The notes under the pieces were generated by a model that did not search any database, was not told the origin of the DNA, and saw only the letters and a program-made list of their open reading frames with translations. The translations under genes and the position numbers were made by a program. Shown here piece by piece: positions 14,270 through 30,965 of a DNA stretch of 64,000 nt (positions are counted from its first letter, which is position 1; the number at the start of each line of letters is the position of its first letter). The DNA comes from Eledone cirrhosa (Eukaryota), in the NCBI GenBank assembly GCA_964016885.1, contig OZ024745.1:106020001-106084000 (forward strand), written 5' to 3'.

Positions 14270-14570
14270 CGTCGTATTAAGGTTTATACACATCTATACG
14301 TCTGTTCCAACAACCTACGCTGTTTCGGCCATAGCCCGACCGATATCACCTGCTCGTATCCGTTCTCGTGAACATTCCCTTCACCAACTTCCTTTGTCAC
14401 ACCTATCAACGTACCTCAGGTCTACCCATGGGATCCAGCGTGTTGGGTGTACTGGACATCTCATGCATGAACCGATTCGACCACCCAGTGCTTAGCACCT
14501 GCATTTTCTGCGCTTTTTACACAAGATATGCAGATGATATACATATCGTTGGTCATTATAAATAATAGCT
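14270..14570 (+). pseudogene. Penelope-like reverse transcriptase fragment
   Basis: IYTSVP (RT motif A region), YQRTSGLPMGSS (motif B') and FYTRYADDIHIV (motif C) across two frames. Confidence 0.75.
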
Positions 14571-14765
14571 GAGAAAATTGGAGACAGAAACATTCGTGCA
14601 GTGGTGTCTAACAGGATTAGAAGCCCCCAACTTTCGGATGTCGGATGTATGTATTAACTACTGCACTAAAGATCCGCTGACCACATTTTCCACCATTTTA
14701 AAAGAGTCTATGCCTATAGATAGGAATGTAATAAATGCGTTTCTCTTAAGAATCATTATAAAATA

Positions 14766-15261
14766 CTAGCAGAAAACCACCCGAAGTGTGGTTTTCTACT
14801 AGCATGCGCAGTGTGTATATTGATATTATACACAAATATATATGTATGTAGATATGATACATCAAATAAAGTCGTAATTGACAATATGCACAGAAACTGA
14901 ACGAAGACTGTGTTACACTCTCTTATGTAATCAGTAACGTAATCCAGGATATATGAAAAAAAAGACGATATTATATATAAACTGCATGAGGAGAAAATTA
15001 GTGACGGAAATATATGCGATATTTTTATAAGTTTATAATATAACGGCCGCTAACCTGAAGTGTTGACATTTGAAAATGTTAAAGAAGTGAATCTTTAAAT
15101 AAGCTATAAAATATATTTCATCAACAGCCACGAAATTTAGCACATAAATTATGTAATATTCATTTATTATTTATTCAAAGTAATCCAACTTATTTTACAA
15201 ACGGGGTAAAAAAATATTTTCTGGACCCAGTCCCGCACTCCTTTCTTTATTATAGTTAAGA
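14766..15261 (-). mobile_element. Probable non-autonomous Helitron
   Basis: Minus strand starts A|TCTTAACTATAATAAAG and ends with hairpin AGAAAACCAC-acttcgg-GTGGTTTTCT then CTAG|T. Confidence 0.6.
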
Positions 15262-15689
15262 TATGAAATATGAATTGTTGGTACCCTTACGCTAATAAGC
15301 GTGATGATAGTCAATCCCTGCGAATAATATTTGTGACAATCTGGAAAAATTCTTCTCGAGACGGACAAAATGGGGGAGACTGCTACATCGCGGGAAATGA
15401 AAGATTTTAAGCCTGTAGTTCGAAGTACCCAGAAATCGATTGATTAAAAAAGAATTGGAAAAATATAAAATTTTGAAATGAATTCGCTTCCGGGCGTGAT
15501 GTTTCTTTTCTGCAGCACGACCTTCCGAAAGTATGAAAATATATGTTTTAACACAAGATTTCGCATGAAGAATATTGCACGAAAAAATAGAAAATTGTTA
15601 TATATATATATATATTGAGCTATACCTTTACTGTCATTTCTATAATATGAAGAGGGTGTTTAACTCCAACACACTCTAGTATTTTAATT

Positions 15690-15746
<57 letters not shown>

Positions 15747-15803
15747 AATAGAATGAAACGAAATTTCTTTTCTCACTCTTAGTACGGCACTTACATACAT
15801 ACT

Positions 15804-15854
<51 letters not shown>

Positions 15855-16420
15855 GTGTGTGCAGGTGTATGTGTGTGTGTGTATGTCTGCGCGCGTGTTT
15901 GTGTGCGCATGCGTGGTTGTGTGTGGTTGTGTGTGGATGTGTGTGTGTGTGTTTGTGTGTGTTTGTGTGTACGTGTGTGTGTGTGTATGCGTGCGCGTGT
16001 GTATGTGTGTGAGTATAGACACACACAATGTGGTGAGCGAAATAATAAAGAAGCATCTGCGTAGTACATACATACCCAACAGAGTCTCACACCTAATATT
16101 ATGAATAAAAAAAAAAATATTAACTGTGATTTTCGTCGCAAGTAGAAGATAAAACGTCTAGGTTTTTTTCAATAAATTCTAAAATCGATGTAGAGGCAGT
16201 GGAGATAACACCCGTAATGTCAGCTAACCCAATTATTCATAATATATAGCCCACGCAATTAAGAGTTATATATATATATATATATATATGTAAAGTTATA
16301 TTTAAAATTGTTGGGTTACAACTAGTAAATATTTATAACTGATATAAAAGCACTCGACAAATATTTGGAGTATATTTACAATATTAAATAAATGGAAAAC
16401 TATATTTATAAAACCATATC

Positions 16421-16486
16421 TATTTCATTATATATATTTCGGGGATATCATATTAACAATATGCTATGCCTTCATCAGACAAAATA
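16421..16486 (-). ncRNA. Type I hammerhead ribozyme (mirror copy)
   Basis: Reverse complement of 16641-16706. Confidence 0.7.
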
Positions 16487-16640
16487 CAATATAAACAGTT
16501 TTATAGATAAATATATTCGACATACCGTAATAAACATCAACTTCATTTGAAGAGGTTTACGCTAGCGTAAACCTCTTCAAATGAAGTTGATGTTTATTAC
16601 GGTATGTCGAATATATTTATCTATAAAACTGTTTATATTG

Positions 16641-16706
16641 TATTTTGTCTGATGAAGGCATAGCATATTGTTAATATGATATCCCCGAAATATATATAAT
16701 GAAATA
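16641..16706 (+). ncRNA. Type I hammerhead ribozyme
   Basis: TATTTTGT-CTGATGA-aggcatagCATATTgttAATATGatatcccc-GAAAT-atat-ATA-ATGAAATA. Palindromic AT stem III, AUA triplet. Confidence 0.7.
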
Positions 16707-16744
16707 GATATGGTTTTATAAATATAGTTTTCCATTTATTTAAT

Positions 16745-16793
<49 letters not shown>

Positions 16794-17094
16794 ATGTGTG
16801 TGTGGGTGGGGGTGCGTGTGTGTGCGTGTGTGTGTGTGTTTAATGGAAGGCTACATTTAAATATAAATTTCTTGTATTTGAAATTTAGTCATTTCAATCT
16901 AGTTCTTTCTTTGGATATATCTTTCTCACTATCCATTTAGCTAGCTACCTAGCTCGCCACCCGGCTATCTAGCCATCTTTTCAAGCAGCCGTCTGTACAT
17001 CACCCCATTCCATCCATTGTACATATATACGTCTGTATATACACTCGTGTGTGTATGTTGGTATTAGTGTATGTATATGTATTTGTGTCTAAGA

Positions 17095-17127
<33 letters not shown>

Positions 17128-17951
17128 CGAACGTTGATAGCTTCTTATGTACACACGACAATACATGTATACATGTATATATCACAGAACAGCACAACAC
17201 TTCACACCACACGATGTTTCACATCTCTTATCACAACTACACCACAGTACTTACTCCACTCCAGACTATATCATATTATTCTATACCATACCACACCTCA
17301 CTTCAATGCAACACGCAAAAATACATAGATCACGACTACATTACTATAACTAAACATAACACTTACACTACACCACTTCTAACCACACTACACCATAGCA
17401 CACCATGTTACACATCACCACAACTCACAATACCAAAGCACAACAGACCTCACATCACACATCGCACGTCAACACACCACACCACACCAAGCTTCAGCTC
17501 ATCGAAATAAACGTCCACAATCAGATATACTCTGTACAGGTTTCCTTTTCTTCCAAAAATATTCTGTTTGTTTTCTTTGGTATCATTGCAACGTTGATAC
17601 TTAATTTAGTTGAGGATTCTGCTAACAATTCTTATTTTTTTAATATATATATTTGTCATATATGTAACAATCAGCACTATAATTTTATGTATATCTATTT
17701 TTAAATTGAGCAGACCTTACTTCTCTCTCACTCTCTAAAATTACCACGATCACTATCATCGTCATCAATACACCGTCGTCACGAAAGTTCCACCGACCAC
17801 TGCGATGTCTACTTCTACCATCACCAACAACACTATCATGATCAATACACATCTCTACATCGCCAACACATAGAACAATGTAAAGGGATATATCAGTCTA
17901 CAATCAACACTATTTCATTTATACTTCACACAAACAGCATCATTACAACAC

Positions 17952-18004
<53 letters not shown>

Positions 18005-18062
18005 ATTTATTTATCATATAACCGATAGAATATATATATGTACACACACACAGACATATATA

Positions 18063-18130
<68 letters not shown>

Positions 18131-18248
18131 TATTCGTTAGTGAATAATAATTATCACAATATTAATATTTGGTTCGTTTGCATGCAAACATCCTTATAAT
18201 ACCATGTGTATATTGTAGATGATGACGTCATCATTTTGTTCCAGTTGT

Positions 18249-18292
18249 AGTAATCGACAATTGTTTCGGTGTTATTGACCGTCATCGACACT
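18249..18292 (-). ncRNA. Degenerate hammerhead (core CT missing)
   Basis: AGTGTC-[..]GATGA-c-GGT-caataac-ACC-GAAAC-aatt-GTC-GATTACT, about 120 nt from a (TA)n tract. Confidence 0.45.
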
Positions 18293-19070
18293 GTGTCTCC
18301 TCGTCACTGCTAAGAGCTGGAACTGCTGAGAATACAAAGTATTCTCAAAGATATGCATCGGCTGATTAGCCTAATTTGTATACCGAGCTAGTTTACGGTC
18401 AGCTTTGCCGAAAATTAAAATTCTAAATTTATTTTCACCCTAACATGTTTTAAATTTTTGATGCCTATGTATATGGGCTGATTAGTCTCATGTGCATATA
18501 GACCTGTCGTCCCACTTGGCAGGAAAATATAATTAAGATGTTCGTTGTAACATAGTTGTATACATATAAGTATGGGATTTTGTATATCTAGCGATAGACG
18601 GTATGTTTATTAATGAAAATTTGAAAGCCTTCAGCTGTGAATTTTGGAAACTTATGGCATTGTCATCGTGTGATACCCCCGCCTGGCTTCTGCTGGAATC
18701 CTCCACATGGCGCTATGTCGTCAGTTTCTAAATTTCGTAGCTAGAGTCTTTCAAATATCAATAGAATGTCCTAATCTTTATGTCTTGGTAAGCTCGTGAC
18801 ACGCGAAATATTTTGGTATTTTACACCTGATGGATCCCATCCATTTTAACATGAACCAACCAATTTTTCATAGAGCAGGTATGAGAGAAAGAAGAAAAAT
18901 TGACTCCAGTACTACTGAAACTTTAGATGTGTTCCGCGGGGCGGGGGGTTGTAGAGGATGAACGTTTAAATTGACGTTGGTGGAATTTAAATTCAGATTG
19001 TAGAGAGCAAACTATTCTAGTTCACCAAACAGACACGCTCACACACACACACACACGCACACACACGCAC

Positions 19071-19281
<211 letters not shown>

Positions 19282-19335
19282 AATTAATAAAATAATGAAT
19301 AAACAAAGAAACAGTTCCTTATATTAAAAAATTCA

Positions 19336-19467
19336 TCATTTTACGATTGTTTCTAGGATATATATGTTAGTGTTGGTATGCATATCCTATAGATCTATGT
19401 AAAATTTCTACAAACTATCAGAGGGAATATACATACCTACACATATATATGCTGTCTTCAGAAATAA
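19336..19467 (-). ncRNA. Type I hammerhead with long stem II (duplicated copy)
   Basis: TTATTT-CTGAAGA-c-AGcATATATATGT...ACATATATATcCT-a-GAAAC-aatc-GTA-AAATGA. Confidence 0.7.
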
Positions 19468-19760
19468 GGATATTTGTTTATTGAAATATTTTGGTATTTT
19501 ACACCTGATGGATCCCATCCATTTTAACATGAACCAACCAATTTTTCATAGAGCAGGTATGAGAGAAAGAAGAAAAATTGACTCCAGTACTACTGAAACT
19601 TTAGATGTGTTCCGCGGGGCGGGGGGTTGTAGAGGATGAACGTTTAAATTGACGTTGGTGGAATTTAAATTCAGATTGTAGAGAGCAAACTATTCTAGTT
19701 CACCAAACAGACACGCTCACACACACACACACACGCACACACACGCACACACGCACGCAC

Positions 19761-21175
<1,415 letters not shown>

Positions 21176-21177
21176 AA

Positions 21178-21387
21178 TACGTTATTCCGGGTTGAATCGG
21201 AGGTAACCACAGTAAGTAAGGTACTCAATATATAGCAGAGTATAACAGTTTTAATATAGATGAGATTCTACAGGACTAGAACTGTTTCATTCTTTAGAAA
21301 TCATCAGGAATCATTTCTGATGATTTCTAAAGAATGAAACAGTTCTAGTCCTGTAGAATCTCATCTATATTAAAACTTTTATACTCT

Positions 21388-21390
<3 letters not shown>
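21178..21390. mobile_element. Fold-back PLE-derived cassette with hammerheads
   Basis: Arms 21237-21307 and 21317-21387. Tail 21178-21236 nearly identical to the reverse complement of 4056-4113. Confidence 0.85.
21264..21312 (-). ncRNA. Minimal type I hammerhead ribozyme
   Basis: GATTC-CTGATGA-t-TTC-taaa-GAA-t-GAAAC-AG-ttctagtc-CT-GTA-GAATC. The plus copy 21313-21360 has a weaker stem I. Confidence 0.75.
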
Positions 21391-21434
<44 letters not shown>

Positions 21435-24400
21435 TGGCACGGCTGGAAATCAAAGAACGAGCAAATGAGAGAGCATTTGTGCTGTCACTAAATCATTTAA
21501 TAATAGCGACAACATTTTTCTCAGACATCATTATACTTCGTTAAAAATAGATGAGCCACATTAAACAATATTTTCCTGGATACGTTGTCAGTAAATATGA
21601 TAGGATTGGCGTGAGTGAAATGCTTTGTTCCATAGGTCTTTTAATCAGAGTTGATCTGGTTTTAACCAGCAACAACATGAATGGATGTTGAATATTGTTA
21701 CATTACTTTGACCAATGTACTGGTAATCCAATTTATTTAAGCCATTCACATATGCTACTTTCCGTAGCATATGTGAATGCCTATATCCTGAATAACAGCT
21801 CTGAGTAAACAGGTTTATGGGCAGGTTTGGATAGGAATGGAGCTCTCTCTCTTTAATGCGACTCTAATGAGATTATTCCCGATATTTCTGTGGTTCATCT
21901 TATTCTTTTATCATTCAAAATAGCTAGCGGTTGAGTCATTCATGAGCTAATTTTGTAGACGCCACTTTCTTCGTGAACAAAGTATTCATTAACAAAAGTA
22001 ACAATAACAACAGCCATATTTCAAGATTATAATTCATTCGTATTTAGTGTATTTTATTTTTGGGTTCGTCGTTTCTTTTGGTGCCTGTGCCAAATAGCAG
22101 TGATAGTTTCGCATTTATTCATTTTGACCAACCTCAAATAGAGACGTAAAATCTGGCAAGTATACAAGAAAGAAAGGTCAAAGTCTGAATTGTTGGCAAT
22201 TGTTTCTTGGAAAATAGCACTGACAGTGAAAAAGAGGGTGGATCCTCCTGAGAATATAGTTTAGGTTTCATTGTAAAAGTTGGCAGGTGAAGTGGAGTTT
22301 TCTAATTAAGAGCTAGCACCACAATGTTGGGAATCGAATCTATGTGATGAATACACGGTTGCTGTTGTGCTACTGCTGTTTCTGTTGCTGATGTATTTTG
22401 TTATTGTTGTTAATGATTTCATCAATGTTGTTATCGCTATCACGTCTGAAATGCATGTGATTTTGTGGAACAAATTTTAAATAACCAAGATAGATACGTC
22501 GTTTCTGTTTTCAAGATACAACTCCAATAGGCTTAAATTTGTTACAGTTCCTGGGGTCAACAAAGGAAGTACCTGACAGCTACTTGGGGATATATCGATG
22601 TTAATTAATAATACCTCTATCATTTACAAATTTGTGCCCCCTTTTCAAACATTTGTATAGAGCAAAACAAAATACTTTACAAAATGATTTGCTATAATTA
22701 CTTGTCTATATTAATAAAATTGGTAACAGTATTCCTTAGTAATCAATTTAAATCTTTTTATACCAACCTGCCCAAAAATATATCTGCCTCTACGAAACAA
22801 AGCTATCAGTTTTAAAGTGTTCCTGTCTAAATCAAAACCTAGTTCCATTTTAAAAGAATATTTATATTACAAACACCATATTAATAATTAAATAATTCTT
22901 AATCTTTGTAAAACCCTCCGTATTTTCATTAATTAAAATTCCTTGTGATTCATTAGAAATATGATCATGAATTAGTTAAATGGCTATATTAACAGAAATG
23001 TCGCTTTTACAAAATACTTGTGTATCAGTTATATAGTTCTGATATCAGTTTTCAATTCCACGTTGAAACCATTTCACATCATCATTATTATTTCATCATT
23101 AAGCAGTCACTTTCGAGACAGACCACAAAGCACTTCCTCAGGGCTCACAGTCCTACATTCTTACACCAAGGTCTCGTATTTCATATTCTGGATTATTGGT
23201 GATGATATCTGGATAATTAGACAAGCGACATTCTAGTCAGCTGAGCGAACTTTCCAAAAGAAAAATGATCACGCTAGCGTATCCTTTATTATAAAGCAGT
23301 GACGAGCGAATTGTGCTCTACGTTGCCTAACAAATTGTATCATGAGTAGAATAGGGGCATTAATTTATTTTGGTGTTAGGGTTGTTTCAACGAAATATTT
23401 TGTACCCTACCTAGTATTCAAATATAAAATATCTCTGATTGGTTTTCAAAATGTATAGGAGGTGTACATGATGATGATGATTATTTGTTTGTCTATGCTC
23501 TAGGGAATAACTCAATAACATTCCGTGCTACTCTAAAACCAATAATAACAAAAACCAATGGCCATCATATGACTTAGGACTGCAGTTGAAGTGAAGGCTT
23601 ACTGGCTGTCGTCCCTCATTTTCAATGTGTTCGTCTCATTAGCATCCTTCCAAATCACGTGCTGTATAATATGTATATATTTATTTGCTGGGTGTTTTTA
23701 AATAACACATGACTCTTGTTAAAATAGCACATTGAAAACACTTAAAATACATTATTTCTCGGAATAAGAAGAAAAAAAAGCGCAAATTAAAATGCCCAAT
23801 CTTCGTGGAAAATTTGTTAGATAAAATCTCACTGGTGAGAACTATATTTTCTGTCCCTAAAATATGGGTACAAATAGGCATTTAAAACAAAAGGCCTGTG
23901 TGACTAACATTCTGGACTAGAAAATGGTTTCTAATTTAGGTACAAGGCCGGCAATTAGAAAAAAGAAGAACCTCGATTAAATTGACTCCAGAGACGTAAC
24001 TATATGCCACAAAGCATGTTTGACACTTTATTGATACTGTCAATCCTCCGCCCATTGGACTAAATAATACAAAGTGATAACTATCCAATTTTACATCTAT
24101 TTTCATGTTCAACACATAAACGAAACCCATAACATTGCTTACAGAACAAAGGAAATAATTTTCACGAAGAAGCCAATGAGTTTTCTGCCTGTTAGAAAAT
24201 GCGGCTGAATGTCTTCCATCAGGAACTCTATCTAGAAGGAAGTAGAAATGATATAATTTAGTCTTATGTTTGAATGAGTAATGGCATGGATATGGCTGGA
24301 GCGGCTTTCATCTGGGAGTTAAAGTAATATCAACTAGTGATGTGTTGTAAGCAGTTACCTGCAAGAATTTCAGCCATACGTCTTAGTTAGAGTTCAGTCC

Positions 24401-25419
24401 TGATTAAGCAGATATGTGGTAAACAATAATCAATATGTGACTATCCTGTCCTTTTGTATGTATGAAACAGCCAATATAATCGTTGTTTATTTAGAACGAG
24501 AGAGAGATTTGGCTGTCGATACAAGTGGCTACGAAACAGAGTAGGTCTTCTCGTTGGTTTGATGTAAGCATCCTCGAATTACTTACAAAACAGCATCCCA
24601 TAATTAACAAAAATCGTCACTAATAGATATTAGATACACGACTTGTTACATATAACTATATGCTATTTATATTTGCATTCCTATTATGAGTTATTAGATT
24701 TCAGTGTGTTTGGACATGACACAGTAAGTATGTTGTCTGATTTTCATTAGTACCTTAAGGATCTGAGATCAATCCCAGCTAAAGTCTGCCATGTATTTCA
24801 TCTCTCTAAAGATTAATATAATAGGCACTTGTTAGATATTGCAGATGATTATATTGATTGAATTCCTGACCTCCTACAAAATAATATCATCCTTCTATTT
24901 TGTTAAAAAAAAAACGATTATTAATTTTTTTTTATTCCGTGTGATTGTAATAGTAATAGCTATTGCTTTGGTTCTGATACCTCATGTTTTTATTGTTCTG
25001 ATTGTTGTCTGTTGTTTTTTTTATGCATGATGATTTTTAATCGAATTATGATCCATCTTAGCTCATTAGAATTGAGAAAATCTAATTAGCTTTTTCATTA
25101 TAATCATGCCTTTCATTGTGTCAGAGTTGTATCATATATCCCCACTAGCAAACCACCATGCGTAAACCCCGTCTCTTCTACAACCCACTCATTTCCATTA
25201 TTATCTTCAGCAATATTAAATGTGGTTGTAACACCACCAGTATTAACAACATCTGCTACAATGCAGCAACAGCTGCGACGATGCCATAATTCTTGCCCTT
25301 GCTATTGAGATCATCAAATATTATCATTGTTGCACATTTGTTTAGTACAGCAATTATTACAGTTATTAAAATTGTAAATACCAACACTGACACTACAAAA
25401 ACACCCACTGCAATAGAGA

Positions 25420-25430
25420 TATCATCATCC

Positions 25431-25479
<49 letters not shown>

Positions 25480-25520
25480 TATCATCATCATCATAATCAT
25501 CATCATCATTACCATCATCA
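25420..25520. repeat. (CAT)n microsatellite
   Basis: Directly visible. Confidence 0.95.
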
Positions 25521-28500
25521 TATTTGTCGTCATCGTCGACATGATCCTTATTACAGTTAACCTTTTGTCATACAAACACACGCACACCCTTATAATACAA
25601 TCCTCATTATTTCAGTTACCACCATGGTAAGGAGATAACAGAGATAGTAGAGCGCTAGAGTTAACACGTTTATGCCCCATATGTTTGTGGTTTCCATTAT
25701 GATTGTTTGTTCAAGGGGATTTCTCATTTCACATACGAGACTAGGCTGAAATGTTCATAGGCTGATTAAGAATGAGTGATGCTAGAGCTGTGAAATCTTC
25801 TTATTAAAAACTGCATTGTTTCTTCCCAGGCACTATGTTGATAACTAAGCCTCATTTGGTCATTCCATGAGTGTATCTTCGTCAGCCTATGAACTCTTCA
25901 GCCTATGTACCGTTAAGCCAACCCCCGTATTTCCTTCATTCGATCATATATGCCATTTCAATTTAAGCTTCTTCAGTTTTCAGTCACATTGAAATTTTAT
26001 ATGATCATCAACATTCCTTTCTCTCCATTATTGGTTGAAATAACTCTACAATCAGCACTAAGTTTGATCCTCTGAAGCTAAATAATAATATATACCAGTA
26101 ATATTCTCAAACAGATTTAATCGATTCTCTTTCTTCTTTTATAAAACCTACCTAAAATAAACCACTCTTACAACCATTAGATTTATTATCACTACAGCTG
26201 AAATATTACAAAATATTCTTTATCGATTTTACATCTCAATCTAGAAGTTTTGAATACTAGGAAAACGCGTTTGAAGCTTTAGATATTTTCATGTTTTGTG
26301 ATTGTTGAGCCTCAGATCAGATGAAAGGCGTTCAAGTGGTTGACCATCCCATCTATATTTTTTTAGGTATAATGTATCCTGTAATACATAAAATAATACA
26401 CATATAGAAACACATAGCGAATGGTATATTTGCTACACATCAAAATTGAAGCTGTAGTCATTTTTATTGATTATTTATTTATTTATTTATTCCTTTTTTT
26501 TTTCTGTAGGCCATTCTTTATTTTAAGGACGTATATTTAAATGTATTTCTCACATAGGCTATAACATTTTCTGTGTTTCAGACATCACAGGTATGAGTGA
26601 ATGATTAAGAATTTCGTTTTCGTACATGTTATCGAGGTCAACTTCATTTCACATCATTCTTAGTTACGTGACTTTACGATATTTTTGGTTAGAGTAAATT
26701 TTGCAATCGAAATTTAATAGACAAAATCTGCGTGAAATACCCCAGAGGGACATTTGCGATTCTTGAACTGTGATTCTTAAGCAGGTCATTGAGTGCCTTT
26801 AACGGGGACCACTTGCTGAAAGCATTCCGGGCGAGTACCCGGCCTAGGACAACTTTCATTTCTTCCTCTTACCTACCCCTGAGATTATTAAGAGGATAAT
26901 AACACTTTACGTCCCCACTCTGACAAAGCTTTTAAAGCAATCAATCTACATTATCCAATATGTCACTAATTCTGTTGTTTTGTTTTCGAGTGAGATGTAA
27001 ATGTCTCTACAAGAGAGCAGAATTTCTAATGATAGGCCTTAGTTCCAGTATATATTGTACCAATTTATCAAGTAGGAAGTGGATGGCTACTCTCCCTGAA
27101 TATGGCCTGATCATTTACAAGTAATATTCACATAACAATCAGTGATATATTACCCATAGCTAGATGCGATTTAGTCGAGACAACATCGGAGTAAAGTGTA
27201 TGAACTCAACGTCGTTGTGAATGTTCTAGTTCACTATTTTATCTAATCAGGCACTATTTTTAACAGAACTTAGAAAGAAATAATAAAGGTAAATGATACA
27301 AAATCTTATTGAAGTGAAATGACCTTGTACATGTAAAATGTATTAGAAAAGAGACAGAAGTAACAACTATTTACCATCCACTATTTGACAGTTACGTCTT
27401 CGCATGTGATGTGTATATAAAATATATAAAACCTGAACGTCTAGCCATTGCTTAGATGCAGCAAAAGAAAATAATACAAAGAGGTACGATATAATATATA
27501 ACAAGTCTGGACAAAAGGTTTACTACACTTGAAATTATAGAGTTTGTACTTGAAAAGCTTTAAATATAATATGCTCAAATACTCCATCTATATATACAGT
27601 ACATTTGAGCGGCTGCCGTCAGTAACACAATGTGTGTGTGTTTGCCCTATTTCATCCAGACACCCATACACGCGTCAGCGTGTTGAAAAAAATTTTAGTT
27701 TAAAGAAATTTCGTCGAAGCAGTATTGGAAGAGAATATTAGAACGGACATATCTTGCAGCATTAAATACATATGGCTATTTACGATTGAGATGATAAGCT
27801 GGGAGAATATAAACACAGTTGGACTTCAAGATGTTTGAAAACCTCTGCTTTAGTATATCAGGCAATCTATTTACAATGCACTCATTATTTAAGACGTCAT
27901 GTATATCATATGAAAGGTATTTGACTGCCAATTCTCTGCAGGCTGGCCTAACCCGTAGTGACTTCTTCAATAGCTTGTTACTCCACGATATTCTTGGTGT
28001 GGTTAACTGTAATCAATTCATTAGGAGAATGAATATGACAGATTTAGTCAATTGAATACGCAGAAAATAACAGCACACTGAATCACGGTGTAACGTGTTA
28101 CACACTATACCAACACTTCTGTGAATTACTACAGTCTGAGGATTGCTACTTGATTCAACATTGCTTCGATGAGTCACTGAATAACCTATCCAAGGTTACC
28201 TCATCTGCTAGAAATAGCAGTTTAAATCCCTTTCAATTAATAACCTACAATATTTAAAAGAGGCGGAAAACAATTTGGATAATGCAGTACAAGATATACA
28301 ATATTTGAAAACAAAGACGGGCTGGTGCTTCATATCATGTGTCAGCTTAGTCATTGATGATCTGTTCTTACTAAAATCTTTCCATATTTTAATGTGATAT
28401 AAATATCTCTAACTTCCTCATTAAATTACATCACTATTGGTTGCGTCTGAGGTCAATCCACTGACCTATGTTTGAAGTCTTATTTCCATCCAACAATTTG

Positions 28501-29507
28501 TTTGGAAAGTAAATACAACGCTATCACTATTATAATAATCACAACATACACTATGACAAACATCACAGCAACAGAGATAACCATCATCACACCCACAAAT
28601 ACAACAATGATTAGTATAGGAACTGATTTCATAGCTACTACAACAAACATTACACATGCACAATAATAACGACTAGTATCAGCATAAGATTATCAGCTGT
28701 TATGAATACTTCTATACATATCACACCAATAACCATCTTCAGATGGAGAACATTAACAATTGCTTTTTCTACAACAATAATGAACATAACTATCATAACC
28801 TCAAAAGTAAATTCTATCACAACTACAGCAAACATCACACAAATACCATAACAATCAACATAAACACGACAGCAAACACCACATTTACCGTTGGTATAAT
28901 GACAGCAATCACCCAACCTTTCGTTACAACTACAATCACCACCATTATCACTAAACACTAATCCCGTACAGTACAGCAATAACAACTATAAACTGCATCA
29001 AAATAAGAACAACAAAGCGAATAGAATTACATTTACACCACCACCACCACTACCACCAGCATAACAAAAGAACAATGTCACCCCATTATCATCTCCATCA
29101 CTATGACCACAACACGAACATCAACATTCAAGTATGCACAATGAGGCCACCATAACCTTTAATTTAACCACCACCATGACACCAAAAGTTAGGGTGTATT
29201 CTAACACGACCATCACCACAGCTATAAATTTCTGCGAATCTCATTGTCAAGGGAACCAAAGAAAAAAGACAGATCCCGTGTTTTTTTAATAAATGGTACC
29301 TAGCCACTCTCGGCTTCAAAGATTCAGTGAAGCTATATTTGACCTGTAAACATCAACGTTATTGCTCACCGCTATAGTCACCAACACTGCCACAAGAAAC
29401 ACTGTAACAACCACCACTAGTACTGCTACCGCAACAAACGGTAGTACCATATAGTTCTTCATTTCAAAACCAAAGTCACTACCACCAGTTTCTCAAGCAT
29501 TATTATC

Positions 29508-29692
29508 ATTGGCAGTATCGGTAGAGAGTCGGACGCCATGCTTTGACGCATGGAGTTACGGCCCTTGCCATTCTGAGTTCAAATCCCACCGAGGTTAACT
29601 TTGCCTTTCATCCTTACGGGGTCGATAAAATAAAGTACCAATAATGTACTGGTTAATTTCTGGCCTTGTGCCAATAGTAGAAACAAATATTA
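29508..29692 (+). mobile_element. SINE family A
   Basis: A box, B box, central domain and tail all present. Confidence 0.9.
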
Positions 29693-30411
29693 TCACAACT
29701 AGCATAACTAGTAGCACTCCTAACATCATCATCACCAGCATATATACAATAACACCCTCATCATCAATATCACCGTCATTACCACCAACGTCACAATCCT
29801 CACCACAGGTACTATTACAATCGGCATCAACAATCTGCCACTGTTACAATCAGCACAATCATCGCAAAGCTTAGAAACCCATTACCACACCACCACACCA
29901 CCACCACTACTGCCGTCATCGTGTAATATAAGAGCAATGCTTTAAAGCTAGTGATGACATTTCCAATAAACCAATAATTATTCTCTTAATTTGATGATTT
30001 TTCACTTACAAACAATTCTGTTATTTATTTTTTTCTTTTTTTATTTTTTCATTTTTTTTCTTCTACTTCTGAACATATTGGGAGGAAGAAGAGGTAGCGG
30101 TGTGTGAGAACGAGAGATAGATCAAGAGAAATGTTTAGTGTAATGAAGTTTAGTGTTGTTTAGAGTAATATATTGTGGTATATATACTGTAGCATAGTGT
30201 ATTATAGCTCAATGTAATATAGTGTAGGCAAGCGGTATAGTTTCCTGCAGTGTAATGTAAATAGTGTGGTATAGTATGTTGCAATGTAATATAGTGTTGT
30301 ATAGAGTCGTATATGTATTGTAGCATAGTGTTGTATAGTGTAATGTACTGTAGGGGAGAGTATATTGCCATGCAGTGTAATGTAGTATAGTTTAGTGTGG
30401 TATAGAATGTG

Positions 30412-30722
30412 AAAGCGTATGTCTTAGTGGTTACAGCATTGGACTTGCAATCGAAAGGTTGTGAGTTTCATTCTTGGACCGGGTGATGTGTTGTGTCCTT
30501 GAGCAAGACACTTTATTTCTCGTTGCTCCAGTTTACTCAGATGTAGAAATGAGTTACGATGTCACCGGTGTCAAGCTTGGACATCATCGGTGGCGTGGCG
30601 AGGGAGGCTGGTATACATGGGTGACTGTTCGTCTTCCTCAAACAACTTTGCCTGGACTTGTGCCTCGGAGAGAACATTTCTAGGTACAAATCACATGGTC
30701 AATCGTGACCGAAGAGGGTCTT
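30412..30722 (+). mobile_element. tRNA-derived SINE, family B (CORE-like domain)
   Basis: tRNA-like head (tagtggttacagcattggac...ggttgtgagtttca) followed by TGTGTCCTTGAGCAAGACACTT. Fragments also near 4745-4790 and 41880-41960. Confidence 0.7.
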
Positions 30723-30965
30723 CGAGTATGTTGCAATATAATATAGCGTATTGAACTGCAATATAGTATAGTATAGTGTATAGTAGTTAGATGACTGATA
30801 ATAGATCACTGTGGAGTGTAGTGCAATCCAACGTTCGGTAGTGAGCCTTCTTGTTTTTATACGAGTAGGAGGCTTTCATCGTTTTGGATTTCGTTGAGCA
30901 TTCAAACGAACTAAAAACTCATATATACGTATGAAAACAAAATGCGAATTTAAGTTCTTGAATAG

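Larger units (their letters stand above)
16290..16750. mobile_element. Fold-back cassette: spacerless 374-bp palindrome plus tail
   Basis: Arms 16377-16563 and 16564-16750 centred on GCTAGC, no mismatch seen. Tail 16290-16376. (TA)n on both sides. Confidence 0.85.
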
